Shown here one piece after another: positions 1-8,495 of a stretch of DNA of 64,000 nucleotides. The stretch is from an uncultured Gemmatimonadales bacterium. Its GTDB lineage: Bacteria; Gemmatimonadota; Gemmatimonadetes; Gemmatimonadales; GWC2-71-9. The stretch's first letter is position 1. Each line of letters opens with the position of its first letter. The DNA lies in assembly GCA_963788625.1 (NCBI GenBank), contig CAWBHB010000001.1, positions 1,031,939 through 1,095,938 on the forward strand, given 5' to 3'. Below the pieces are notes generated by a model. That model was not told where the DNA came from. It ran no database searches and saw nothing but the letters and a program-made list of their open reading frames with translations. A program made the translations under genes and the position numbers.

Positions 1-2
1 TC

Positions 3-272
3 ATGAAATCCGCCGACCGGGCGCGACGCGGCAAGGTACTTGGCGTGCTGCTGACCGGGATGGGTGATGATGGAGCCGAAGGCATGAGCGTCATTCGGGC
101 CAACGGCGGCAGAACGATCGCCGAGAACGAAGCGAGCTGTACGGTCTACGGCATGCCTCGGGCGGCATTGGTCCGGGGCGGAGTGGATTGGATGCTGAGC
201 CTGCAGGAGATCGCGGCGGTGATGGCCGACGTGGGAGGTGGGGACGTGGGACGTCAGGACGTGGGGACGTGA
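3..272 (+). CDS. cheB: Protein-glutamate methylesterase CheB, C-terminal fragment (5' end outside window)
   Basis: Track ORF 3..272: GVLLTGMGDDGAEGM...IAENEASCTVYGMPRAA matches the CheB methylesterase core. The last ~15 codons (ADVGGGDVGRQDVGT) are encoded by repeat E1, and the stop TGA 270-272 lies inside the repeat. Confidence 0.75.
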   Translation: MKSADRARRGKVLGVLLTGMGDDGAEGMSVIRANGGRTIAENEASCTVYGMPRAALVRGGVDWMLSLQEIAAVMADVGGGDVGRQDVGT

Positions 273-378
273 GGACGTGAGGACGTGGGACGTGTGGACG
301 TGGGAGGTAGGAGGGGATGGGGGTACGCGGTACCCGGTACTGACTCAGTCCTCAGTCCTCAGTCCTTCCCCCTCGTGC
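228..378. repeat. Tandem-repeat element E1: about 9 x GGACGTGR, GGTAC-rich core, 3 x TCAGTCC
   Basis: Read directly: 228-320 gacgtgg/ggacgtg(a) units, 321-343 gggtacg cggtacc cggtact, 345-365 tcagtcc x3. It lies between the convergent cheB and mgtE stops. The arms are only imperfectly complementary (8-mer versus 7-mer). Confidence 0.8.
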
Positions 379-380
379 CT

Positions 381-1772
381 CTACAGCAGCGTCCCTTTCA
401 GCACCACCAGCGCCACGCTGAAGAAGATGATCAGCCCGGTCACGTCGACCAGGGTGGCTACGAACGGGGCCGACGCGCTCGCGGGGTCGAAGCCGATGCG
501 CCGAAGCACGAAGGGCAGCATTGATCCGGTCAGCGAGCCGAACAGCACCACGCCGACGAGTGAGAGCGCCACGGTGAGGCCCACTAGGAAGAAATGCACT
601 CCGTAGTCGTACAGTCCCAGGCCCTGCCAGGCTACAATGCGCACGAAGCCGATGATCCCCAGGATTGCCCCGAGCGTCAGGCCGGTCGGGAACTCCCGGG
701 CCGCCACCCGCCACCAGTCGCGCAATCCCACCTCGCGAAGCGCCATGGCCCGGATGATCAGTGAGGTGGCCTGCGAACCCGAGTTCCCGCCGGAGCTGAT
801 GATCAGCGGAAGGAAGATGGCGAGCACAACCGCTCGCTCGATCTCGTGCTCGAAGTACCCCATGGCAGTGGCCGTGAGCATTTCCCCCAGGAACAAGGCA
901 CAGAGCCAACCCGCCCGCTTGCGAATCATCTGAGGCAGGCCGATCTCCATGTACGGTTCGTCCAACGCCTCCATACCGCCGAACTTCTGCACGTCCTCAG
1001 TCTGTTCTTTCACCAAGGCATCGATCACGTCGTCAACCGTGACGATGCCGAGGACGTGGTTGGCCTCGTCTACCACGGGGATGGCCAGGAGATTGTACTT
1101 GGCGATGAGGCGGGCCACTTCTTCCCGATCGGTGAGAGGCCGGGTAGTGACCGGCTTCCGGGATTCGCCAATCTCTTTGACCGGCGTCGTGTCGGAGGCG
1201 GTCATCACCTCCCGCAGCGAGATGACCTGCTGCAGGCGCTGAGTCTTCTCGTCCAGCACGTAGATGGCGTAAACGGTTTCCTTGGCGCTGCCCACGTCGT
1301 GCACGAGCTGGCGGACTTGGGCCGCCGTCCAAGTCGAAGGCACGCCGACAAACTCCGTGGTCATCAGGCCACCCGCGCTCTGGGGCGGGTAGCTCAGGAG
1401 AAGCTTGAGCTGATCCCGGGTCGGGGCATCGAGGCAATAGCCCAGCCGGGCCCGGTCCGATCCCTTGATGCTGCGGAACAGGCGGACCTGCTGGTCCGCC
1501 GACATGGCCTGCACCAGCGGGGCCGCGATCTCGTCCGGCAGCCGCTCGACAATTTCGTCCCGCCCTTCCAACTCGGCTTGATCGAAGACTTCAACTGCGG
1601 TGTGGAAAGGAAGGGCTCCTACAACCTTCGAGGCGGCCTCCGGCGGCAGGTCGTTCAGCGCTTCAACGATGTCGGCGGGAAGGAGGTCGGCGCAGGCGGC
1701 GACGAAGTCTTCGGGATCGCCGGCGAGAAGGTAGAGGTACTCCGCGAGGGGAGCATCGGGGCGAGCGGGCAT
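381..1772 (-). CDS. mgtE: Magnesium transporter MgtE
   Basis: 463-aa ORF with an MgtE N-domain, CBS-pair region and C-terminal TM channel (GGNSGSQATSL..., VATLVDVTGLIIFF). Confidence 0.93.
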   Translation of the reverse strand: MPARPDAPLAEYLYLLAGDPEDFVAACADLLPADIVEALNDLPPEAASKVVGALPFHTAVEVFDQAELEGRDEIVERLPDEIAAPLVQAMSADQQVRLFRSIKGSDRARLGYCLDAPTRDQLKLLLSYPPQSAGGLMTTEFVGVPSTWTAAQVRQLVHDVGSAKETVYAIYVLDEKTQRLQQVISLREVMTASDTTPVKEIGESRKPVTTRPLTDREEVARLIAKYNLLAIPVVDEANHVLGIVTVDDVIDALVKEQTEDVQKFGGMEALDEPYMEIGLPQMIRKRAGWLCALFLGEMLTATAMGYFEHEIERAVVLAIFLPLIISSGGNSGSQATSLIIRAMALREVGLRDWWRVAAREFPTGLTLGAILGIIGFVRIVAWQGLGLYDYGVHFFLVGLTVALSLVGVVLFGSLTGSMLPFVLRRIGFDPASASAPFVATLVDVTGLIIFFSVALVVLKGTLL

Positions 1773-1823
1773 GGGTCCTGGACCGCGGTGGTTGTAGCTG
1801 GTCGAAGACTAAATGCGGAAGAA

Positions 1824-1924
1824 GGTGAGTGAGGAGTGAGGAGTGAGGAGTGAGGAGTCAGGAGTAACAGCGCGGTTATCACTCCTCACTCCTTACTTCT
1901 CACTCCTTACTCCTCACTCCTTAC
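1824..1924. repeat. Heptad-repeat hairpin E2: GAGGAGT x4 (+2 variants) / loop / ACTCCTY x6
   Basis: Read directly: 1831-1858 is four perfect GAGGAGT units, flanked by ggtgagt and caggagt. The loop is about 1869-1878. 1881-1922 reads actcctc actcctt acttctc actcctt actcctc actcctt. It lies between the cutA stop and the mgtE start. Confidence 0.9.
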
Positions 1925-2245
1925 GTGGTTTCCCACCTCACTCTCGATCCACGCCGCGTAGCTCCCGGCGGCGAATACGATCGGGGTCGCGATGATCTCC
2001 GGTACCTCGTAGGGATGGAGCGACCGAATTCTGGTCTCGAGGCCGGGGTACGCGGCGGTGCTGGTCTTGAGCAGGCAGTACCACTCGGCGGCTTCCTCTA
2101 TCTGCCCCTGCCAGCGGTACACGCTCGTAACGGGTCCGAAGATCTGGGCGCAGGCCGCGAGCCGCTCAGCGACCACCGTTTCCGCGATGCGACGCGCCAG
2201 CTCCTCCGAGGGGACAGTAGTGGTGACCTGAAGTAGCGCCGTCAG
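1907..2245 (-). CDS. cutA: Divalent-cation tolerance protein CutA (probable CTG start)
   Basis: Track ORF 1907..2176 (RLAACAQIFGPVTSVYRWQGQIEEAAEWYCLLKT...PYEVPEII) is CutA. The in-frame upstream codons LLQVTTTVPSEELARRIAET complete the fold but contain no ATG/GTG/TTG. The only candidate is a CTG (2245-2243) overlapping the upstream TGA as CTGA. The stop TAA 1907-1909 lies in E2. Confidence 0.75.
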   Translation of the reverse strand: MTALLQVTTTVPSEELARRIAETVVAERLAACAQIFGPVTSVYRWQGQIEEAAEWYCLLKTSTAAYPGLETRIRSLHPYEVPEIIATPIVFAAGSYAAWIESEVGNHVRSEE

Positions 2246-2625
2246 GATGGGACCTTAGTTTCGTCCCCGGTCTTGCCGTCGTCGATCGGGACGATCGCAG
2301 TACGCCAGCCGCTCTTGAACGTTACCGTAAGGCGCTGTCCCAGCGGGTCCGGCGTGATATCGACGATATCTTCGGAAAACTTGTTCCGGGCATAAGTGGC
2401 GGCGATCTCTGCCTGTGCGTCAGGGCCGGAGTTGTAGGGTCTCGCGAATTCCCGGCCGATCGCGACCGCGATGGCCTGCTCGCGACCATACGAGGCAAAC
2501 TGATCCGCGGGGACCAGTCCGGCCTGACTGGATACATGACGCGCCAGCTGATAGTCGCGACAGGCGAGGCTTGCAATGAGGCTCAGGAGAATTGGGATGG
2601 CGCGACGCATCGATAGACTCGGCAA
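2242..2625 (-). CDS. Hypothetical secreted protein or lipoprotein
   Basis: 127-aa ORF with an N-terminal signal-like MRRAIPILLSLIASLAC. No recognisable family. Confidence 0.5.
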   Translation of the reverse strand: MPSLSMRRAIPILLSLIASLACRDYQLARHVSSQAGLVPADQFASYGREQAIAVAIGREFARPYNSGPDAQAEIAATYARNKFSEDIVDITPDPLGQRLTVTFKSGWRTAIVPIDDGKTGDETKVPS

Positions 2626-2674
2626 AGAGTTAGGGGAAACACGCCGGCCACGAAGGTACTAGATTTCCGCCTCT

Positions 2675-3484
2675 ATGCGCAACCTGATCGGCTGGTGCCT
2701 GGCGGTCGCCTGGGTGCCCGCTTCGCTGGCCGCTCAAGTGCCGAGGGAGACTCCACGTTTTCAGTCGTGGGTTGCTCCCATTTCGGGGTCCCCCGCGATT
2801 GCCCGATCCAGTAGTGGGAGCTCCGCAAGCGAGCCCCACGCGGTGCAATGGTACGAGGCAGCGGCGGTGGCCGGCGTTGTAGTGGCAAGCGCATTGCTGG
2901 ACGAGACGGTTCAGGACTACACCCAGAGCCACCGGACCGAAACGAAAGATGATATCGCCTTTGTCTTTCGTCACATGGGGCAGCCCGAGGTCTATGCCAC
3001 CGTCGGCCTCGGCACCATCCTGGCCGGCCTCCTCGCGTCGGACGATGATATCACGCGGGCGGGTGGCCGCATCACCGGCTCCCTGGTCACCGCCGGCCTT
3101 TCGAACAGCATCATCAAGTATGTGGTCGGTCGAACGCGCCCGAACCATAGCACTACTCCGGAGCCTAATGAATTCGAGCCTTTCTCCGGCAACGTTTCGT
3201 TCCCCTCCGGACATACCGCAATGGCGTTCGCGCTCGCGACATCGGTCAGCCATGAAGTGCACTTCCTGCCGGCGCAGATCGGCCTCTTCAGTGCGGCGAC
3301 TCTCACGGGATGGTCCCGCATCAACGACAATAAGCACTGGCTGAGCGACGTAGTGGGCGGAGCCGCGGTCGGGATCACCAGTGCAATGATCATGGACGGG
3401 AAATGGACCATTTTCGGACTGGGCCAGCCCCATTTCCTGGCCACACCGAGCAGCGTCTCCGCTTCAATGTCCATCAAGTTCTGA
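2675..3484 (+). CDS. PAP2-family phosphatase
   Basis: 269-aa ORF with a signal peptide and the PAP2 motifs KYVVGRTRP, SFPSGHTA and SRINDNKHWLSDVVGG. Confidence 0.85.
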   Translation: MRNLIGWCLAVAWVPASLAAQVPRETPRFQSWVAPISGSPAIARSSSGSSASEPHAVQWYEAAAVAGVVVASALLDETVQDYTQSHRTETKDDIAFVFRHMGQPEVYATVGLGTILAGLLASDDDITRAGGRITGSLVTAGLSNSIIKYVVGRTRPNHSTTPEPNEFEPFSGNVSFPSGHTAMAFALATSVSHEVHFLPAQIGLFSAATLTGWSRINDNKHWLSDVVGGAAVGITSAMIMDGKWTIFGLGQPHFLATPSSVSASMSIKF

Positions 3485-3500
3485 GGACGGGCCCTGGAAA

Positions 3501-3536
3501 ACACGAAGCCCTCCGCTCTGGCGGAGGGCTTCGTGT
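3501..3536. terminator. Bidirectional hairpin terminator (16-bp perfect stem)
   Basis: acacgaagccctccgc tctg gcggagggcttcgtgt, between the convergent PAP2 and saccharopine dehydrogenase genes. Confidence 0.7.
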
Positions 3537-3581
3537 CATGGGAGCCTTACTGGCCTCTTGCCGATAGCGGTTGGCCCCGGC

Positions 3582-4814
3582 CTACGCTGCCACCGGCTCT
3601 GCGAAATCCATTTCGACCGCGTCGATCTTCCCGGTTTCCTCATCCCGCACATGCCAAGGCATTCCCATCTCGCCCAGCCGGGCCAGGAATGGATCCGGAT
3701 CGAACTGCTCGGGGGCCATGACCCCGACCCCGCTCCAGCGGCCACTCGCCATCAACTCGGCCGCGATCACTGGAGGGACACCGGTCTGATAAGCAGTCGC
3801 CTGCACTCCCAACTCGCCGTAGACCTTCTCGTGGTCGGTCACATTGTAGATGTAGAAGCTGCGCTCTTCTCCATTGCGGATTCCGCGAGCCAGCGTGCCG
3901 ACGCAAGTCTTCCCCCGCATCCGTCCGGCTAGATCGCCGGGCTGAGGCAGGAGGGCGACGACGACATCGCGAGGTGAAACCGTGCTGTCTCCCACCCGAA
4001 CCTTGTCGGTTCGGGACAGACCCATCTGCTTGAGGACTCGCAGCGTCTGCCAGGTCACATCGTCCATGCAAAGCTTGAAGTCCGCCGCCGCCAGGCCGGG
4101 GAAGAACATCGGCAGCGTGCGCGCCTCTTCGTGGTCAACGTAGTAGGTGTTAAGAACGCCGAGCTCCGGGAAGTTGAATGGCTCGAAGCCGGAGAGCGGT
4201 TCCTCCAGGTGGTAGGTCCCATCGCGCCACGAGATGGCTCCACAGAGGCATTCGTCGATGAAGACCCAGGGGCTGAACGCGGCCAGGAACCCGTCGTGTC
4301 CCTGGCAAATGGAATTGTCGCCGTCCCGTACCCGCAGCTCGGTCACCGTATCGAGGAGGTGCTTGGCGGCGTACGCGGCGTAGACGTTACTGGTTCCCGG
4401 ATCGGCCCCCATCCCCAGGATCGCCAGACGACCCGCGACCCTGAATTCCTGGTCGAGGGCAAACTGGTCAGGGAGTTTCGGGGTGCCGTCCAGTGCGGCC
4501 CCGCCGCTCGCCATGTCGATGTAGTCGCAACCTCCATCGAGACACGCTCGCATCACGACCAGGTTGGTGGCCGGAAGGGCGGCGTTCAGGAGAATGGTCG
4601 TACCGGTTTCGCGAATGGCGCGGGCGAGTTCACTACGGTTCCCGGCGTCAAGCGTCATGGCGCTCACGCGCGGGCTCCCAATGCGGTCGGCGAGTAGCTG
4701 GGCTCGACCAGGGACAGCATCCGCGATGACCAGCCGGGTCACCATGGGATGCTGCGCGAATTTCAGGGCGGACACGGTCCCCACCGCGCCGGCACCCAAC
4801 ACCAGGACGTTCAC
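3582..4814 (-). CDS. Saccharopine dehydrogenase-family NAD(P)-binding protein
   Basis: 410-aa ORF with the Rossmann start MNVLVLGAGAVGTV and length and composition typical of the saccharopine dehydrogenase / carboxynorspermidine dehydrogenase family. Confidence 0.8.
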   Translation of the reverse strand: MNVLVLGAGAVGTVSALKFAQHPMVTRLVIADAVPGRAQLLADRIGSPRVSAMTLDAGNRSELARAIRETGTTILLNAALPATNLVVMRACLDGGCDYIDMASGGAALDGTPKLPDQFALDQEFRVAGRLAILGMGADPGTSNVYAAYAAKHLLDTVTELRVRDGDNSICQGHDGFLAAFSPWVFIDECLCGAISWRDGTYHLEEPLSGFEPFNFPELGVLNTYYVDHEEARTLPMFFPGLAAADFKLCMDDVTWQTLRVLKQMGLSRTDKVRVGDSTVSPRDVVVALLPQPGDLAGRMRGKTCVGTLARGIRNGEERSFYIYNVTDHEKVYGELGVQATAYQTGVPPVIAAELMASGRWSGVGVMAPEQFDPDPFLARLGEMGMPWHVRDEETGKIDAVEMDFAEPVAA

Positions 4815-5271
4815 AAACTCCTCTTTTCATTGTTGGTGCGGGACTCGGTCTGGCCCCTCCGTGACAGCCCGAGAAGCCTGTCAGGAAGCTGGGCCTCGCC
4901 CCCCCCGCTACTGGGGGCCCCACAGCTCAAGGAGAGAGTCAGCTGTGAGGAGTGGACCCTCCGCTCGGTCGGAGGATGCAAACACGCCCCCTGCTGGACA
5001 GGGGCCGCAACCCAGTCTAGCCCACCCCCCCCACCTCCTGTCCAGCCCCCTTGCGGAGCCCGATCTCGTGCGATTTTCGCTCTTGACGAACGGCATTTCC
5101 GGGATGCGCATGAGGCGAAAGGCGTTAGTTGCCAAGTGTTGCAACAAGGAACGACAACCCGGCTCGAGCAGCTCCTCCGAAGTAAGCAGCACTCGGGCGA
5201 CGTGAAGTCATCAACCGAATCCGCTTCGCCGATTCACCGGACGATGTAGCCAGGGGGTGGCGTAAGTCTGC

Positions 5272-5299
5272 TTGTGCAAAACTCTTAACGGGATATAAT
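5272..5299 (+). promoter_or_regulatory. Candidate sigma-70-type promoter for the HTH-TOBE/modABC operon
   Basis: TTGTGC (5272-5277), 16-nt spacer, perfect TATAAT (5294-5299), 20 nt before ATG 5319. It is an AT-rich island in GC-rich DNA. Confidence 0.35.
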
Positions 5300-5318
5300 A
5301 GCCAAGCGAAAGGACAAT

Positions 5319-5702
5319 ATGGATACATTGAGGGTGGAAGAGGTCGCCGCTCTGCTTCGGCTCAACCGCAAGCGAGTCCAGACCCTGGCTCGGGCCGGCA
5401 AGCTGCCCGCGAGTCGAGTGGGGCGGAAATGGCTTTTCTCCCGCGCCAAGATCGAGGCAATGCTGGGGACCGAGACCCAGACCGCCCCGGCCCCAGTTCA
5501 GGATCTCAGTGCTAGAAACCGGCTGCGGGGTCGGATCATCGGAATCCAGGTCGACGGTGTCATGGCCGAGGTCCGGCTCGCGATCGGCGAGCAGGAGTTG
5601 ATCTCGATCATTACTCGGAATTCGGTCGAACGGATGGGGCTCAAAGTCGGCGACGAGGTGTTCGCGGTCATCAAATCCACCGAAGTCATGATCGGAAAAT
5701 GA
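5319..5702 (+). CDS. HTH (excisionase/MerR-type) plus TOBE/Mop molybdate-binding domain regulator
   Basis: 127 aa. The N-terminus LRVEEVAALLRLNRKRVQTLARAGKLPASRVGRKWLF is an HTH. The C-terminus SARNRLRGRIIGIQVDGVMAEVRL...VIKSTEVMI is a TOBE domain. It is translationally coupled to modA. Confidence 0.8.
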   Translation: MDTLRVEEVAALLRLNRKRVQTLARAGKLPASRVGRKWLFSRAKIEAMLGTETQTAPAPVQDLSARNRLRGRIIGIQVDGVMAEVRLAIGEQELISIITRNSVERMGLKVGDEVFAVIKSTEVMIGK

Positions 5703-6517
5703 AACGCTGTCCGACCGGTCGCGTTGGCCTCCGCGTACTCGCGCTGCTTGCGGGGTCCGTCTCCACCGCCATTGCCCAGCAGCCGACGCTCACCGTCTTC
5801 GCCGCCGCGTCCCTCACGGAGCCGTTTTCTCGCCTCGGCAAGAGCTTCGAAGCCAGGCACCGCGGGACGACCGTCCGCTTCAACTTCGCGGGCTCGCAGC
5901 AACTGGTCCTTCAGATCCAACAGGGAGCCAAGGCCGATGTTCTTGCCTCGGCGGACGAGCGGTGGATGCAGACCGCAAGGGACAGCGGCCTCGTCGAAGG
6001 CGACCCGGTCCTCTTCGCCCGCAATGCCCTCGTGGTGATTGTGCCGAGAGCCAACCCGGCCGGAATCCGGCGGCTGCAGGATCTCGCGCGGTCAGGGGTG
6101 AAGGTGGTGATCGCCGCCGAAGCGGTCCCGGTGGGCCAGTACACCCGTCAGATGCTCGACAAGCTTTCTGCGCAGCCAGGGTTCGGCACGGAATACCGCC
6201 AGCAGGTTCTGGCCAACGTCGCGAGCTACGAGGAGAACGTGAAAGGAGTCGTCGCCAAGGTGCAGCTCGGGGAGGCCGACGCGGGTGTAGTCTACCGTTC
6301 CGATGCCAGCGGATCCGGCGCTTCGCAGTTGATCACGCTCGACATTCCAGAAGCCGCCAATGTCATCGCGTCCTATCCTATCGCCGTGGTCCACGAGGCG
6401 CCCTCTCGTGAGCTGGCCGAGGCCTTCCTCGCGCTGGTGGAATCGGCCGAAGGGCAGGAGGCGATGAGGAGCGCCGGTTTCATCCCTGTGCCGCCCGTGT
6501 CCCAGACTGCTCCATGA
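5699..6517 (+). CDS. modA: Molybdate ABC transporter substrate-binding protein
   Basis: 272 aa, signal peptide, LTVFAAASLTEPF... typical of ModA. There is a 4-nt overlap with the neighbouring genes. Confidence 0.9.
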   Translation: MKRCPTGRVGLRVLALLAGSVSTAIAQQPTLTVFAAASLTEPFSRLGKSFEARHRGTTVRFNFAGSQQLVLQIQQGAKADVLASADERWMQTARDSGLVEGDPVLFARNALVVIVPRANPAGIRRLQDLARSGVKVVIAAEAVPVGQYTRQMLDKLSAQPGFGTEYRQQVLANVASYEENVKGVVAKVQLGEADAGVVYRSDASGSGASQLITLDIPEAANVIASYPIAVVHEAPSRELAEAFLALVESAEGQEAMRSAGFIPVPPVSQTAP

Positions 6518-7305
6518 GGCTGCTTCGTACGGTTGTTATCCGCGCCTTGTTAGGGCTCGCGGTTGGTGGGCTCGCCTTTCTTCTCGTACTGCCTGTCGTC
6601 GCCCTGCTGGTTCGTACCCCTCCGGGAGAACTCGTTACCCGGCTGGGCCGGCCCGAGATCCGCCAGGCGCTGCTGCTTAGCCTCGAGACGAGTCTGCTCG
6701 CTACCGGGCTCGTCGTCCTGCTCGGTCTCCCAACCGCGTACCTGCTCGCCAGCCGACAATTCCCGGGAAAGCGGATCGCCGAAGTATTGGTCGAGCTCCC
6801 CATGGTCATTCCGCCCACCGTGGCGGGGCTCATCCTGTTGCTGACCTTCGGAAGAACCGGACTCCTGGGGAAGTCGCTCACGGTGCTGGGGGTGTCGTTG
6901 CCGTTTACCACCGCGGCGGTGGTGGTTGCCCAGGCTTTCATGGCCGCTCCGTTCTTCCTCGTCCCCGTGCGCGCCGGTTTCACCACCGTTGAGCCCCGTT
7001 ATCGCGAAGTCGCCTCGACCCTCGGCGCCAGCGAGCTGTACTCGTTCTTTCGAGTGATGCTCCCGCTGAGCCTGCCTTCGGTTGTGGCGGGAACCGCGAT
7101 GGCCTGCGCCCGCGCTCTCGGGGAATTCGGCGCAACCATCACCTTCGCCGGCAACCTCCCCGGCGTGACTCAGACCATGCCCCTCGCCGTTTACGTCGAG
7201 ATGCAGCATGACCTGGGCGCGGCGATCACCCTCTCGGTCCTCCTGATCCTTCTGTCTTTCGGACTGTTGCTCGCGCTGCGGTACGGCCAGTCCCGGGTTC
7301 ATTGA
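6514..7305 (+). CDS. modB: Molybdate ABC transporter permease
   Basis: 263 aa, multi-TM, with the EAA-loop-like ARALGEFGATITFAGN. Confidence 0.9.
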   Translation: MRLLRTVVIRALLGLAVGGLAFLLVLPVVALLVRTPPGELVTRLGRPEIRQALLLSLETSLLATGLVVLLGLPTAYLLASRQFPGKRIAEVLVELPMVIPPTVAGLILLLTFGRTGLLGKSLTVLGVSLPFTTAAVVVAQAFMAAPFFLVPVRAGFTTVEPRYREVASTLGASELYSFFRVMLPLSLPSVVAGTAMACARALGEFGATITFAGNLPGVTQTMPLAVYVEMQHDLGAAITLSVLLILLSFGLLLALRYGQSRVH

Positions 7306-8390
7306 AGGCACCCGTGCTCCAGGCTCTCCTCGCCACCCGATACGGCGAATTCTCCCTCGATCTCGATCTGGAGATTCCACCAGGGGAGACCTTGGTACTG
7401 GTCGGGGAAAGCGGATCGGGAAAGTCGACCGTCCTCCGACTACTGGCCGGGCTGGCCCGCCCGACCTCGGGTCGGATCATCCTGGAGGGGACGGTCTGGT
7501 TCGATGCCGCGAAGCGGATCGATCTCCCGCCGCAAGCCAGAGAGATCGGCTGGCTGCCACAGGACTATGCGCTGCTGCCGCATCTGAACGTGTTCGAAAA
7601 CGTGGCCTTCGGCCTCAGGGCGCGAGGAGTGCCACGATCGGAACTCATCGATCGTTGCCACAAGGCTCTGGAACGGTTTGGGGTGGGCGACCTCGCCGCT
7701 CGACGTCTGACCGGTCTCTCAGGGGGCCAGCAGCAACGCGTCGCGCTGGCGCGCGCCATGGTTCTCAAGCCGCGGCTCCTGCTCCTCGACGAGCCGCTCG
7801 CGGCGCTCGACGTCCAGACCCGGGCCCGGGTGCGCGGCGACCTGCGTACCATGCTGGCCTCGCTTCCGTGCACCACGATCTTCGTCACCCACAATCCCCT
7901 CGAAGCGGTGGTGTTCGGCCAGCGTATCGCGGTGCTGGAGGCTGGCCGAATCGTGCAGTCGGGCACTCCGGACCGACTGCTACGGCAGCCGCGTTCGCCT
8001 TATGTCGCTGCGTTCACCGGCGTGAACCTGTTTCAAGGCCGGGCTAGCGTGCCCCAGCCGGGGGGGCTCAATCGAGTCGAAACCGACCAGGGTCCGGTGC
8101 TGGTGCCGGGAACGGAGGGTGGCGACCGAAAGTTCCTCGCAGTGAGTCCCCGCGAGATCACGCTCTATGGAGCGGCACCAACCGCCGGCAGCGCCCAGAA
8201 CGTCTTCCGTGGGCCGGTGGTGGAACTGATTCCGGAGCCCCCCTTCGGTGAGCGAGTTCGAGTCGTCCTGGGCACCCGGCCTCCCCTGGTAGCCGAGGTG
8301 ACCCAGGCCGCAGTGGATCGATTAGGCCTGGCGGTGGGAGTCCAGGTCTACGCTAGCTTCAAAGCGACGGCTGTGAACACCTACACGTAA
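7302..8390 (+). CDS. modC: Molybdate ABC transporter ATP-binding protein with C-terminal TOBE domain
   Basis: 362 aa with Walker A GESGSGKST, signature LSGGQQQRV and Walker B LLLLDEP. Confidence 0.9.
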   Translation: MKAPVLQALLATRYGEFSLDLDLEIPPGETLVLVGESGSGKSTVLRLLAGLARPTSGRIILEGTVWFDAAKRIDLPPQAREIGWLPQDYALLPHLNVFENVAFGLRARGVPRSELIDRCHKALERFGVGDLAARRLTGLSGGQQQRVALARAMVLKPRLLLLDEPLAALDVQTRARVRGDLRTMLASLPCTTIFVTHNPLEAVVFGQRIAVLEAGRIVQSGTPDRLLRQPRSPYVAAFTGVNLFQGRASVPQPGGLNRVETDQGPVLVPGTEGGDRKFLAVSPREITLYGAAPTAGSAQNVFRGPVVELIPEPPFGERVRVVLGTRPPLVAEVTQAAVDRLGLAVGVQVYASFKATAVNTYT

Positions 8391-8495
8391 GTCCAGGGGC
8401 TCGATTGGCCCAGCTTCAGGCCCGCTTCTAGCGCTCTTGCCGCGCCCGGGGGTGGGGGCTAATCTCTCCGCCTTCCAGTCTCAGGTTTCGTATCC

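Noticed and set aside
1773-1823. M-box (Mg) riboswitch upstream of mgtE.
   Set aside because: Only about 50 nt separate the mgtE start from element E2, which is too short for the M-box aptamer of about 160 nt, and I saw none of its conserved strings.
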